NCBI GenBank assembly: GCA_001774685.1
Contig: MFAS01000001.1
Span: 9,268 to 73,267 of the forward strand
Reading direction: 5' to 3'
Source: Candidatus Collierbacteria bacterium RIFOXYD2_FULL_45_13
Lineage (GTDB): Bacteria > Patescibacteriota > Microgenomatia > UBA1400 > MFAQ01
DNA: 64,000 nt
This document shows positions 1 to 11,215 of this stretch, piece after piece. Numbering within the stretch: the stretch's first letter is position 1; the number at the start of each line of letters is the position of its first letter. The notes below the pieces were generated by a model. The model saw only the letters and a program-made list of their open reading frames with translations. It had not been told where the DNA came from and did not search any database. The translations under genes and the position numbers were made by a program.

Positions 1-1995
1 CCTCCGGAAGACTCTACTATTGTTTTCGCCAGATACAGCCCCAAACCACTACCTTCGGTTTCCTTCTTTAGAGCATTACTCCCTCGGAAAAACTTCTCCG
101 CAATTCTTTTTTGTTCTTCCTTTGGAATTCCGATACCGTTATCTTTCACTTCAGTAATTACCTTGTTCCCTTTCAGATATATCTGAACCGTTATCTTTCC
201 ACCATCGTTCGTATACTTCAAAGCATTATTGAGGAGATTCGAATATACATGCCTGATTAAATCAGCATCAATCACTACTTCAGGTACATTTTTGTCAATC
301 GTATACTGAAGAACTTTGTTTTCTCCGGCAATATTCACTTTCATATCACTTAAAATACCTTCAACCATTTTTTTTAAGTTTGTCGGCTTCGGAGAAACTA
401 TAATTTTTCCGGATTCGATTCGGCTCACATTCAACAAGGCATTTACTAGCTGGATCTCCCGCTCATTTGACTCATTTATCTTTGAAACATATTTTTCTTG
501 CACTTTTGTCAGTTTGCCGGCATCGCCATCCATCAACATCTCCCCAAACCATTTGACGGCCGACAAAGGCGTGCGCAGTTGATGGCTTGCCAGCGAAATG
601 AACTCGGTTTTCATTCTCTCCACCGCCTTTATTCTGCTAATATCTCTCTCGATGCCTACAAAGAAGAGCAATTCCCCCTGCTCACCCAAAATCGGTGATA
701 CCCTAACCTCTGCCTCATACAGTTCACCGCCTTTTCTCTTGTTAGTCAATTCCCCCCAAAACGGTTTTTTGTCGTATTTAATTGTTCTCCAAAATTTTTC
801 ATAAAATTCCTTCGGCATTTGCGACCCCCATAGCGATGGTTTTTTCCCAACCATTTCCTCCAAAGAATACCCCGTTATCGTCATGGCGGCCTTGTTCGCA
901 TACGTTATTTTTCCCTCCGGATCGGTAATAACTACTTGATCGGAGACTCCATCAACCGCCTGTTTAAATTTCCGAATATCTTTTGTGACCAAAAATGCCA
1001 TGTCCAAAGCCTTTTTCCGAACCGAGATCATACTATAGAGGATAGTCCACCAAAGCAAGTTGATAATTACCATCAAAAACAGGGAAATATTCGGTAAGTT
1101 GTCTTCAATACCGGATAATTTGTAGGCCATTCCGGAATCCAAAACAATATTAAAAATACGGTTTAATATTCTCACTTCTTGGGAAACCGAGGCTCGGACT
1201 TCATTCACAGAGCCAACAGTTGAAATCACCCGTCCCTGATCTATCAAGCTATATTGCAAACCCCTTAACTCCACTGCTTCATCTCTAAGGCTGGAAGGAG
1301 CTATCCAGGTACCGACAAAGCCGATCAAGAAATTTTTTCTCTCCTCCAAAGAATACTCTTTTATTGACGGACTACTATAAACCGGTAAGACAATTATGTA
1401 CCCTTCCCTTTTACTGCTTGGCGCCAACACATTTAGCTTAATTAACTCAGAAATTACCGGACCGTCCGTCATCACCGCTTTCTTGTACGCTCCCGACGGA
1501 TCAAGATACATCAGGTCCGACCCCATCAAGACCTCTAAATCCTTACCTACTGCATGCAGATATTTTATTGGCAAGTACTCACCCTTATCCGACCTGGGGA
1601 ATACAGAATAGTTCAGATAATCAGTTCCGCCAAGCTTCCTTAGTTTCTCCTCAAAGCGATTTAGATCAGCCTTGGCTATTCTTGGTGCATAGAATGGCGA
1701 ATAGATACCCGGGAACCTGACATCTAATTCACTAGAGAGTATAAAACCATGCCACTTCGTCGAGTCTTCCGTCTCGGAGGAAACCATACTCCTGAGATCG
1801 TAAAGCCAGTCCACAGCAGTTGTAACCTTGTCCACCATACCATCGACAATCTGAGCCAGAGTCTGCGTCAACTCTCTACTTCTCCTCTCCTCAACCGTCC
1901 GCTTCATATATCCATATACAAAATGTGATCCCCCCAACAAAAATATTGTCGCTACTCCTATCAGAAATACCCTCCAGCTCTCTTTTTGGTGCATA
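1..1995 (-). CDS. Sensor histidine kinase. The N-terminal periplasmic CHASE-like domain is flanked by TM helices, followed by PAS, HisKA and HATPase domains. The stop lies just beyond the window start.
   Basis: Reverse-strand translation from the ATG at 1995 gives a continuous ORF. It contains an H-box (SLASHQLRTPL) and a G2 box (GSGLGLYLAK). The six-frame track misses it because the stop is off-window. Confidence 0.75.
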
Positions 1996-1998
1996 CTT

Positions 1999-2376
1999 CT
2001 AAGATTTCTTTGCCATCACCGCCTGAATTTCTTGTTCAATATTATTTAAATCTACGTCCGTTTTCATAAGACACTTTGTCGCTCCCATTTCCATCACCCG
2101 ATCAACCGAGTCAGGCAGATTGGTAATCACAATGACTGGAATGTCGGCAGTTTTAACGTTTTTTTTTATTTCTTTCAAGACGTCAAGGCCGTTAAATCTA
2201 CCGGGCATATAAATATCCAAAAGCACCACATCCGGGGCAAAAGTCTCCGCCATCTTTATACCCATTTCACCGTCTGTCGCCACCCTTATATCAAACCCGT
2301 CACCAAACTTTCTTCGATACGCTTCGTCCAATAGGAGGTCATCTTCGACAATCAGTAACTTTGTCATATAAATCAA
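1999..2376 (-). CDS. Single-domain response regulator (CheY-like receiver)
   Basis: 125 aa with motifs LIVEDD...DVVLLDIYMP...K. It lies 3 nt upstream of the kinase start, in the same operon. Confidence 0.85.
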   Translation of the reverse strand: MIYMTKLLIVEDDLLLDEAYRRKFGDGFDIRVATDGEMGIKMAETFAPDVVLLDIYMPGRFNGLDVLKEIKKNVKTADIPVIVITNLPDSVDRVMEMGATKCLMKTDVDLNNIEQEIQAVMAKKS

Positions 2377-2406
2377 TATAGCACAGGAACAGCAGTGTAA
2401 TGATAC

Positions 2407-4440
2407 TTACTTCTTTTTTCCCAAAACCTTTTCTTTTAAGCCCATTATCTCCAGACCCTTAAGGAGCATAAGGGCGTCATGCATGTACTCTGTTTCTTCT
2501 CTGGATACTGTAGGAAAAGCTAGGTAATCATCCTGCGTTTTCCCTGGCATAAAGATCACCGCTTGGCCCGGTTCGGCCCCTGGTTTCACATTTCCTTTAC
2601 CGATAGAGTCCACCGCCTTGGCCCACCAACCCGGAGCCACCAGCATCGGAAATTTAGTGTAAGCGTTAGAGCCGTCATAGAAAGTTGCCGCCCCGGCATT
2701 TGGCATATGAGTACCCACTACCAAACCCGGTTTTTCGTGTATATGCAAGTCGTATAGTCGCTGGAGAGCCCATTCCGGCTTAGAACCGGACCCATGACCT
2801 TCCGCCTTATCGGCAGTTACCACCGGATATATTGTTTTTCTACCTTCTCCGGGCCCAATAGAAAGCTTCAGAAGCGACAAATGATGAATCAGTGGAATTC
2901 CTGTTTTCGTAGCTACGTATGAACCCGGGGCTACCGGAAGCTGTTCCGGCTCTTTGCCCACCTTTCCTTTCCAAGCGCTTTGCCGCATAGACTCGCACAT
3001 CATGATTGCCAAAGTTTGATAGTTGGTTCTTTCACCTTCCTTGCCAATTAGCTGAGCAAACCTATCCAGAACATCAATCCTATCAGGAAGTCTCCCAGCA
3101 TCCTTATCTATCATATTTCTCAGAAAGAGAACCAACCTGTGAGGATTTTCTGCCACCTCTCTCATGAATCCTTGCAGGTCTTTAAAACCCTCAAGGGTCG
3201 ATCCGATCCTGGCATTAGCCACCAATTCCAGGGCCACCGGAAGTTCAGTTCTAATATCCAAATTTAGAGTGCTATATGGAGCCTTCATTTCAATTTTAGA
3301 ATAGGGGTTCTTTACTGTCTCCCCACCCACCATCACTTTTCCCGCCGGTCTATCTTCCACGTATCTTGCTCCCAATCTGTTAGACCCGGTAGGGTAGGAA
3401 ATCAATGGTCCGGTCTCCACACCCTTCTTTGGATCTCGAATCAGTTCCAGCAGTTCTTCTCTTTTTCCCAGCTGTTCCACTCTGTCGAGAAGTGTCACCG
3501 CATCAATTGCTGTTTGGGCTTGTCTCAAGTTTGCCGAAGGCATATTCATATCCTCACGTCTCCCTTTTTTAGGAACAACTGTCACCACCTCCCCTTGAGG
3601 CTCAGGTCTCGACAAACCAAGTTGGGTACCATATAAGTCGGTTGGCCCATTCGGATTGGTTCCCTTTACGGTACCGGCAGATACATAATAGACCTTGTGT
3701 TTGGCACCGGCGTAAACCTCTTCGGCCACTTGCATTCTGTGAATATGTCCGGCCACTGACCCTTTTGGTCTGCTACTCTCGGAGGTGTTTTGCATTACCA
3801 TTCTTTGCCCATCAACTTCGTCAAACTTACTTCCCTTCGGGGGGTTGTGCCAAACCTTGATGTCGTGTTCGTAACCATTTGGAAATTTAAGAATTAAAGT
3901 GCCCCCATTTTGTATCAGTTTTATGTCCAGATCTCCGATCATCGCTCTCCAGGTATTCATCGTATTTTCGGCCATCCATCCAGGATGAGCCCAGTACTCG
4001 GACACCATACCAAGTATTCTCCCCGCATTAGCCAAAGGTTCAAAGTACATCATTCTCATAAACTCCAGCTGAGTCTGGGCGTCGGCATCTGCTTTTGAAT
4101 CAATAGATTGAGAATGTTTACCACTGGACCAACCTTCTATTTCGTCACCCGCAAAGATCACCAGTACATCCGGATTTGACAAAACATACGCCAACAGTTC
4201 GTCCATCGCCTCCAGATCCGAAGCCTTACTTCCCAAATGCCAGTCGGAGAGAACAATAATCTGCTTCGGAGCCATGTCCAGCACTTCCTGAGTAACTACC
4301 AGTTTACCTCTGTTATCAATCTCTAGCCTTTGGCCTGTTTCGTGATGCGATCTATAATCTTTTATTCTTTCGATATTTGTCCTGTCCGGAGGATAAACAC
4401 TCACCGTCCTTAGCAGTTTTCCTTGTTCTTTTTGGGCCAT
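2407..4440 (-). CDS. Large protein (677 aa) with an N-terminal calcineurin-like metallophosphoesterase domain and an uncharacterised C-terminal half of about 350 aa
   Basis: Metallophosphoesterase motifs LSDWHLG and FAGDEIEG. It is the first gene of the operon that continues with the response regulator and histidine kinase. The C-terminal region has no recognisable motif. Confidence 0.55.
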   Translation of the reverse strand: MAQKEQGKLLRTVSVYPPDRTNIERIKDYRSHHETGQRLEIDNRGKLVVTQEVLDMAPKQIIVLSDWHLGSKASDLEAMDELLAYVLSNPDVLVIFAGDEIEGWSSGKHSQSIDSKADADAQTQLEFMRMMYFEPLANAGRILGMVSEYWAHPGWMAENTMNTWRAMIGDLDIKLIQNGGTLILKFPNGYEHDIKVWHNPPKGSKFDEVDGQRMVMQNTSESSRPKGSVAGHIHRMQVAEEVYAGAKHKVYYVSAGTVKGTNPNGPTDLYGTQLGLSRPEPQGEVVTVVPKKGRREDMNMPSANLRQAQTAIDAVTLLDRVEQLGKREELLELIRDPKKGVETGPLISYPTGSNRLGARYVEDRPAGKVMVGGETVKNPYSKIEMKAPYSTLNLDIRTELPVALELVANARIGSTLEGFKDLQGFMREVAENPHRLVLFLRNMIDKDAGRLPDRIDVLDRFAQLIGKEGERTNYQTLAIMMCESMRQSAWKGKVGKEPEQLPVAPGSYVATKTGIPLIHHLSLLKLSIGPGEGRKTIYPVVTADKAEGHGSGSKPEWALQRLYDLHIHEKPGLVVGTHMPNAGAATFYDGSNAYTKFPMLVAPGWWAKAVDSIGKGNVKPGAEPGQAVIFMPGKTQDDYLAFPTVSREETEYMHDALMLLKGLEIMGLKEKVLGKKK

Positions 4441-4503
4441 ACCGCTATGCTATTACTCATCACCTCAAAAAACAACCACCAAAATAAACCTAAACTATAA
4501 ATC

Positions 4504-5574
4504 CTACTGATGTTCTTTTAGGAACTCACCGGTCCACATTTCCACATCATTGGCACTGTCAGCCGTCACCAATTTTTTCCTTAGTCCAGAAGAACCATCA
4601 AAACCTTTGGTATATCCCACCAAATGTTTTCTCATTGGAAAAAATTTCATATTGGGAAAAGTTGATTCATATCTAGTTGCATGCTCAGCGGCAACATTCA
4701 GTTTTTCCTGAAGACTGGGGGTATAACCATCTTTTCTCAAAATCCACGGATTACCAATTGCTTCTCTTCCAATCAGAACCCCATCAACTTTTCCTTCAAG
4801 ATCAACTTCTTTCCCATCTTTCAAAACCACTTCAAAATTTACTTTCCCTGTTTTAAGTTCTTGAGTTTTTGAGTTCTTGAGTTCTTTTATGTCCCCATTT
4901 GCCAAAAACTTCGCCCCACTCTCTCGAATGATCTCACCCGCTTTCAATAGTATTTCCCAATCAGCCTCACCGGAATAAAGTTGTTTGAAGGTTCTCCCGT
5001 GCATGGCCACCGCGGGCAGTTCTTGGGAAGCCAAAAACTTCCACCAAGACTCATCCGGCTTGGCACTCCCAATTCTCGTTTTCAAACTTACCGGAATTTC
5101 AATATTTTGATTTTTTGAGTTTTTGATTTTTTGAGTTTTTATATAATCATTTACTCCTTCTCTCGTCGCCTCAATTACCGCCGCCGCCAAGCCCTGGTCA
5201 CGAATGAGACCGGCCCCCCCACCTCTTTTCTCTAACCCAGGTGAGGGACAGCCCATGTTTATATCGATTCCATCAAACCCAAGTTCGCAAATAATCTTTG
5301 TAGCCTCAAAAAAGGAATCCGGATCACTTCCAAAAAGTTGGGCAATTACCGGTCGTTCGGACTCATCATAGATTAAGTCTCTCCAAATTTTATGTTCCAC
5401 CTCGCCTCTTCTTTGAATCCGCCACAATCCTTCAGCACTCACAAACTCTGCATAAATTACATCGGCCAGTCCGTATTTTTTGGCTACAAAGCGCATTGGG
5501 GCATCTGTCACTCCGTCCATCGGTGACAAGCCCACAATTGGATAATCTAGATTTCCCCAAAAACCTTTCTGCAT
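4504..5574 (-). CDS. dus: tRNA-dihydrouridine synthase (Dus family) carrying two in-frame repeat-encoded insertions
   Basis: DGVTDAPMRF...GFDGIDINMGCPSP TIM-barrel motifs. The K/N/S/T/Q-rich insertions are encoded by the 8-nt tandem repeats at 4855-4888 and 5105-5140. Confidence 0.8.
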   Translation of the reverse strand: MQKGFWGNLDYPIVGLSPMDGVTDAPMRFVAKKYGLADVIYAEFVSAEGLWRIQRRGEVEHKIWRDLIYDESERPVIAQLFGSDPDSFFEATKIICELGFDGIDINMGCPSPGLEKRGGGAGLIRDQGLAAAVIEATREGVNDYIKTQKIKNSKNQNIEIPVSLKTRIGSAKPDESWWKFLASQELPAVAMHGRTFKQLYSGEADWEILLKAGEIIRESGAKFLANGDIKELKNSKTQELKTGKVNFEVVLKDGKEVDLEGKVDGVLIGREAIGNPWILRKDGYTPSLQEKLNVAAEHATRYESTFPNMKFFPMRKHLVGYTKGFDGSSGLRKKLVTADSANDVEMWTGEFLKEHQ

Positions 5575-5601
5575 CCGTATATTTTACCCCACATCCTTAG
5601 A

Positions 5602-6750
5602 CTATGGTAACCTAGCGGCCAGAAGCCAATGGTTGTAAATCACCCCGTCGGACCCCTTATCCTTCCACTTCCTGTTAAAGCTTTCTTTACTACGTCTAAT
5701 TATTCCAACTCCTTCACCTGGCTCTCTCTCCGATCTTACCGACGGGTCAATAAACCAAACTGAGTTTTCATCAACCCGGTACACAATTGAGTAGTGACCG
5801 CTGTCTAGCTTTTTGTAGTGCTTTTCCTTTCCCCACGCCTGATAACAGACCATACACACGTAACCACTCCATAGAATTAGTTCCAAGTCCCGCATCGAAC
5901 AACCGGATCCCTCAAAGTGCTCAATTCCTTCCTCATTAAGCAATTTTTTTATGTTTCGAATTTTTGTTCCCTCTGTCGGAGTCGGCTTCAGCCGTCGATA
6001 AAGATCTGTTTCCAACACGTCTTTTCTTTCCAACAGTAGAAGCAGATTCCCCACTGTCGCCACACCACAGTCGTACTTAAACTTTTGTGTTATCGGCTCA
6101 AAATCAACGCGTCGTTTCCTTAAATATCCGGGGGGTTCTTCTTTTTCCACTTTCTGGTTTATAAATAATAATTCTAATATCATATCGAATGGTTTCGCTG
6201 CCTTGGTCATGGAATCCCGAAAAGAATGATCGGCACCACTAACTCCGTAAACTTGTACATCCTCAGACACGGACTGTTCCGCCATTACTCGCACTTCCTC
6301 TACACTTGCGTATCGATCCAACGCCCCTTGATAAATCACGATCTTACTTGTCACCTTGCTCACATCAGTTCCTCCGGGAATATATCCCAATATCACCAGT
6401 TCATATTTCACCTGTTTTTCTTTTGGAAGGGCAGTCAAATAGTCAGCCGCTACCATACCGCCAAGGGACTTTCCAATCAACCTGATTTTTTTATATTTTC
6501 CAGCCTCGCATACATCTAAGGCTTTTTTCAAGGTCTCAATCTCCTCCTCCCTCGATTGTCCTTCCTGATGTTCTTCACTTCTATCAATGAAGGGAAAGTT
6601 AAACATCACCACGCTTCTACCCAATTTTTTTGCCGTCTGGAAAATCTTTTGCACAGATTCTGATGTTTCGAACCCCTTACTACTTCCATGCAATATCACA
6701 TCCAACACCTCCTTATCTCTACCATCAAAATATTCCATGTTCAAATCCAT
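5602..6750 (-). CDS. Fusion of an N-terminal alpha/beta-hydrolase domain with a C-terminal C39-like papain-fold cysteine peptidase domain
   Basis: GKSLGG nucleophile elbow and ADHSF in the N-terminal half. KYDCGVA (Cys) and SGHYS (His) motifs in the C-terminal half. Confidence 0.5.
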   Translation of the reverse strand: MDLNMEYFDGRDKEVLDVILHGSSKGFETSESVQKIFQTAKKLGRSVVMFNFPFIDRSEEHQEGQSREEEIETLKKALDVCEAGKYKKIRLIGKSLGGMVAADYLTALPKEKQVKYELVILGYIPGGTDVSKVTSKIVIYQGALDRYASVEEVRVMAEQSVSEDVQVYGVSGADHSFRDSMTKAAKPFDMILELLFINQKVEKEEPPGYLRKRRVDFEPITQKFKYDCGVATVGNLLLLLERKDVLETDLYRRLKPTPTEGTKIRNIKKLLNEEGIEHFEGSGCSMRDLELILWSGYVCMVCYQAWGKEKHYKKLDSGHYSIVYRVDENSVWFIDPSVRSEREPGEGVGIIRRSKESFNRKWKDKGSDGVIYNHWLLAARLP

Positions 6751-6827
6751 ACATTACTATATACCAAACTTAATATGACTTTACGAGTCCTACATTCTGA
6801 CTTCTGGGACCTGAAATCTAAGATCTA

Positions 6828-7337
6828 TCAAACCGCGAGCATCCAATGATCGAGCCCGTCTGCGTCCATCCAACGACCCTCAAAGACCTCTTTTTTTATC
6901 TTTCTCACCCCTCTTCGATAGCGCACTCGCTCGCCCTTCACAAATGGGTCAGCCAGCCACAAATAATCTTCTTCAAAACCAAAAACCACGGAATAATGGC
7001 CACTTTGAAGCTTCCTGTAATATTTCTTCTCACCCCAAGCCTGATAGGCCACCAAGCACAGCCTCCCTTTTCCAATTTCGGTCTCAATATCACTCAGCTT
7101 GGCCTCATATCTCTCCTTCGTTCTTAGTCCGTGAGCCAACAACAATTTCTTAATATCTCCAACCAAAGTACCATAGCTGGGTTTAGTGTGTAACCTTTTT
7201 TTGAGATTTAACCTGTTTGACCTTAACCCTCTGGTCCCCAAAATCGTTTGTACGCAAGCCACCCCACATTCATATTTATTCACCTGAATTACCGGCCTTA
7301 CAGGCACAAGTAGTATTTTATCTTTCTTTATTCCCAC
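6828..7337 (-). CDS. C39-like cysteine peptidase, paralog of the C-terminal domain of the upstream gene
   Basis: KYECGVACVQTIL and YQAWGEKKYYRKLQSGHYS align with the 5602..6750 C-terminus. It appears to use a GTG start. Confidence 0.5.
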   Translation of the reverse strand: MGIKKDKILLVPVRPVIQVNKYECGVACVQTILGTRGLRSNRLNLKKRLHTKPSYGTLVGDIKKLLLAHGLRTKERYEAKLSDIETEIGKGRLCLVAYQAWGEKKYYRKLQSGHYSVVFGFEEDYLWLADPFVKGERVRYRRGVRKIKKEVFEGRWMDADGLDHWMLAV

Positions 7338-7447
7338 GACCCAATTCTAAGCCGTCGCATGCCCTTTTACAACCGTCATTTTAGCCTCAAAATAACAATC
7401 GGTCATTGCGAGTTTCGATACCCCAAACCATGGCAATTCCACTCCAC

Positions 7448-7930
7448 CTAAACCTTCTTAAACATAAAGACCTCATCATAAATCAACCCTCCCTCCCACG
7501 ACTCCTTAATACCCCCAATTAACCGTCCAAACTCCAAAAACCCCAGATGCCTATAAATTTCCTCCGCCTCAATTCCGCCCCGGACTGTCAGCTCCAGAAT
7601 ATTCACTCCAGGGAGGCTCTGCACCCAATTTTCCCCAGCTTCAAACAGTCGTGTACACAGCTTCAGCCCTCGATATTCCTCAGCCACTACGACATCCGTC
7701 ACTCTTACTCGGTGACCTCTGGTGAGCTTGCTCAATCTTTCAAAAATGGCTTGGCCGACGACGGCTCCATCTATTTCGATGACCAATCGTTTTGTGTTCC
7801 CCAAGACGGACTCTCTCCTGTCACGTTCTAGCCCGGCTTTTATGGTTTCCCGACTGTTCCTTGGTTGTAATTTTCCTATAGCGGCATCATCAGACAGCTT
7901 TGCCTCCCGTACATTTATTATCATTCCCAA
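7448..7930 (-). CDS. GNAT family N-acetyltransferase
   Basis: 160 aa with VVVAEEYRGLKLCTRLFE motif-A-like core. Confidence 0.7.
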   Translation of the reverse strand: MGMIINVREAKLSDDAAIGKLQPRNSRETIKAGLERDRRESVLGNTKRLVIEIDGAVVGQAIFERLSKLTRGHRVRVTDVVVAEEYRGLKLCTRLFEAGENWVQSLPGVNILELTVRGGIEAEEIYRHLGFLEFGRLIGGIKESWEGGLIYDEVFMFKKV

Positions 7931-7977
7931 ATTCTACTATAATTACTCCAAAGTTCCCTAAAAAATGAGGTAAAAAA

Positions 7978-8226
7978 ATGTCAGACCTGTTTGAACCAAA
8001 ATTCGATGCCAACCAGATTTATGAACCTGATGATTTTATCTTCCGGATTGAGATCATCCTCACAGAGGTTTCCCCTTCTGAAAAGCTTCACCAAGTGCTC
8101 CAAAACTGGCTCACGTGGGCGAGACAACACTCGAGTGACTGCCAAATTGCTTTTATGCCAGGCCAGAACGGTTCCATCGAACCGTTCTGCATAGAAACAG
8201 TCAGAATTAAGAACAGTTCTCGCTAA
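7978..8226 (+). CDS. Small hypothetical protein (82 aa)
   Basis: The ORF is immediately followed by a rho-independent terminator hairpin. No homology was recognised. Confidence 0.35.
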   Translation: MSDLFEPKFDANQIYEPDDFIFRIEIILTEVSPSEKLHQVLQNWLTWARQHSSDCQIAFMPGQNGSIEPFCIETVRIKNSSR

Positions 8227-8248
8227 GGCAGGTCCTCCTGCCTTTTTT
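8225..8248 (+). terminator. Rho-independent terminator
   Basis: Sequence aaGGCAGGtcctCCTGCCtttttt directly after the 7978..8226 ORF. Confidence 0.6.
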
Positions 8249-8324
8249 GTGTGCGCTTATAGAATAGAACCAGAGACTCCAGTCTATTTTCAATCTCTCT
8301 CAGGACTGCATCTTAAATAATGTG

Positions 8325-8398
8325 TGGGCGCTCTTGGGGTCGAACCAAGCACCTCGGTCTTATCAGGACCGCGCTCTAACCAGATGAGCTAAGCGCCC
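8325..8398 (-). tRNA. tRNA-Ile (anticodon GAU)
   Basis: The reverse complement folds as a 74-nt cloverleaf GGGCGCT..CTGATAA..GGTTCGAC..AGCGCCCA. It sits 3' of the 16S gene, the usual rRNA-spacer position. Confidence 0.85.
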
Positions 8399-8622
8399 AA
8401 AACCACTCGTACATTCTAACACAAACAGCTCAAAATGAGCACAAAAAACCCGCCTTAAAGCGGATTTTTCGGTTCGTAGTGGTTTGATTAATCAAACCCG
8501 CAAGCAAAGCAGCAAGCTCTTATCGTTTCAAGAGTGGCAAGAGTCAGGTAGATTGTGTTTAGACACTCACCTACCAATAGTGTGGCGATATTATCATCCG
8601 GTCTCGTGAAGACCTTAACTCC

Positions 8623-10122
<1,500 letters not shown>

Positions 10123-10465
10123 AATTGAATTTTAAGTCACTCTCACCACTCTTCAAACGACAAAAATTATCGAAATAATTGAAATCAGCTCAATTATTTG
10201 CTGCTTCACTTGTTAACGAGCTTGGATATTTTAACAGCCCTTCCGAGCCTCCGCAAGAGCATCTTTACAGATATTCTTTTGCAGGTAAAAAAACTAACCG
10301 AAATCCAAATCGGTAGGCTTATTTTATCACAATTCCTCCATCAATATCAGCCATTTTTTCCACGATCTATCCCATAATTTGATTTTTTATCGAATTAAAG
10401 GTATCATATCCCCAATCTTCGCAACCAAGCAAGCTCATTCACATTTTTCAAAAGGAGGTCTCGTC

Positions 10466-11215
10466 ATGACCAACAAGTCGTTTCTTTTTTGGATGGATCA
10501 GGGAGACCAGCCCTCTTCAGTCATCGCCATGAAACTGGGAAATACCACAGAACCGTTTATTGTCAGGCTCACTGGCGGTTGCGGTTTTATGAATCAAGCA
10601 GATGGCACCCGGAGTATTCGCATTCTCACTAAAGCCCTCACAGGTTTCAAAGGAATCCTCCTCTACGGTGGAACTCGCGTTTTTTGTCCAACGAAAGATA
10701 CCAAATCGGGTTACCGTGTCTTCCCCACCATTCTTGAGGTTCCTCCCAAGCTCCGTCGTATCAATCCAGGCATGTTATCTTTTGGGATTATTCCCAAAAT
10801 GACTCACGTCGAATACAGCCGGCTAGGCCTCATTATTGCCAAGGACCCGGAAACCGGCTTCCTCACCGTTATTCATCCAAATCAAGACCTCTGCCTCGTC
10901 CTCCAAAAGAACGTAGACCAGATGTCCTTTTGGGACGCCGAATGGATTGAGTGCCTTTCTATTATCAAGGAATTCCTCGCCCACCGTACCAAGTTTGGCA
11001 CCGTTTTGGTCGCCTACAACGGAGGGGAGGTCACCGGTCACGAAATCGATGCCTGGGCGGAAGAAGGACTGCCTGTTATTCTAGTCGCTGGCAGTGGTCG
11101 CAAAACCGACGAGTACTGTCAGAACCTGGCATGGCTACAAAAGCATCCTTCGGTTTCAGTCTGCCAAAACCCACAAGAAATTAGGCAGAAGATCTCATCT
11201 TTAGGAGGATTGTAA
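10466..11215 (+). CDS. LOG-like (TIGR00730/TIGR00725-like) Rossmann-fold nucleotide-binding protein, copy A
   Basis: Gly-rich P-loop-like motif LTGGCGFMNQADG and a second motif AYNGGEVTGHEI resembling the LOG PGGxGTxEE. An AAGGAGG RBS lies 8 nt upstream of the ATG at 10466. Confidence 0.5.
   Translation: MTNKSFLFWMDQGDQPSSVIAMKLGNTTEPFIVRLTGGCGFMNQADGTRSIRILTKALTGFKGILLYGGTRVFCPTKDTKSGYRVFPTILEVPPKLRRINPGMLSFGIIPKMTHVEYSRLGLIIAKDPETGFLTVIHPNQDLCLVLQKNVDQMSFWDAEWIECLSIIKEFLAHRTKFGTVLVAYNGGEVTGHEIDAWAEEGLPVILVAGSGRKTDEYCQNLAWLQKHPSVSVCQNPQEIRQKISSLGGL

Noticed and set aside
4855-5140. Possibility that the 8-nt tandem repeats form a CRISPR array
   Set aside because: The units are only 8 nt, directly tandem with no spacers, and are scattered inside coding sequences. 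No cas genes are present.
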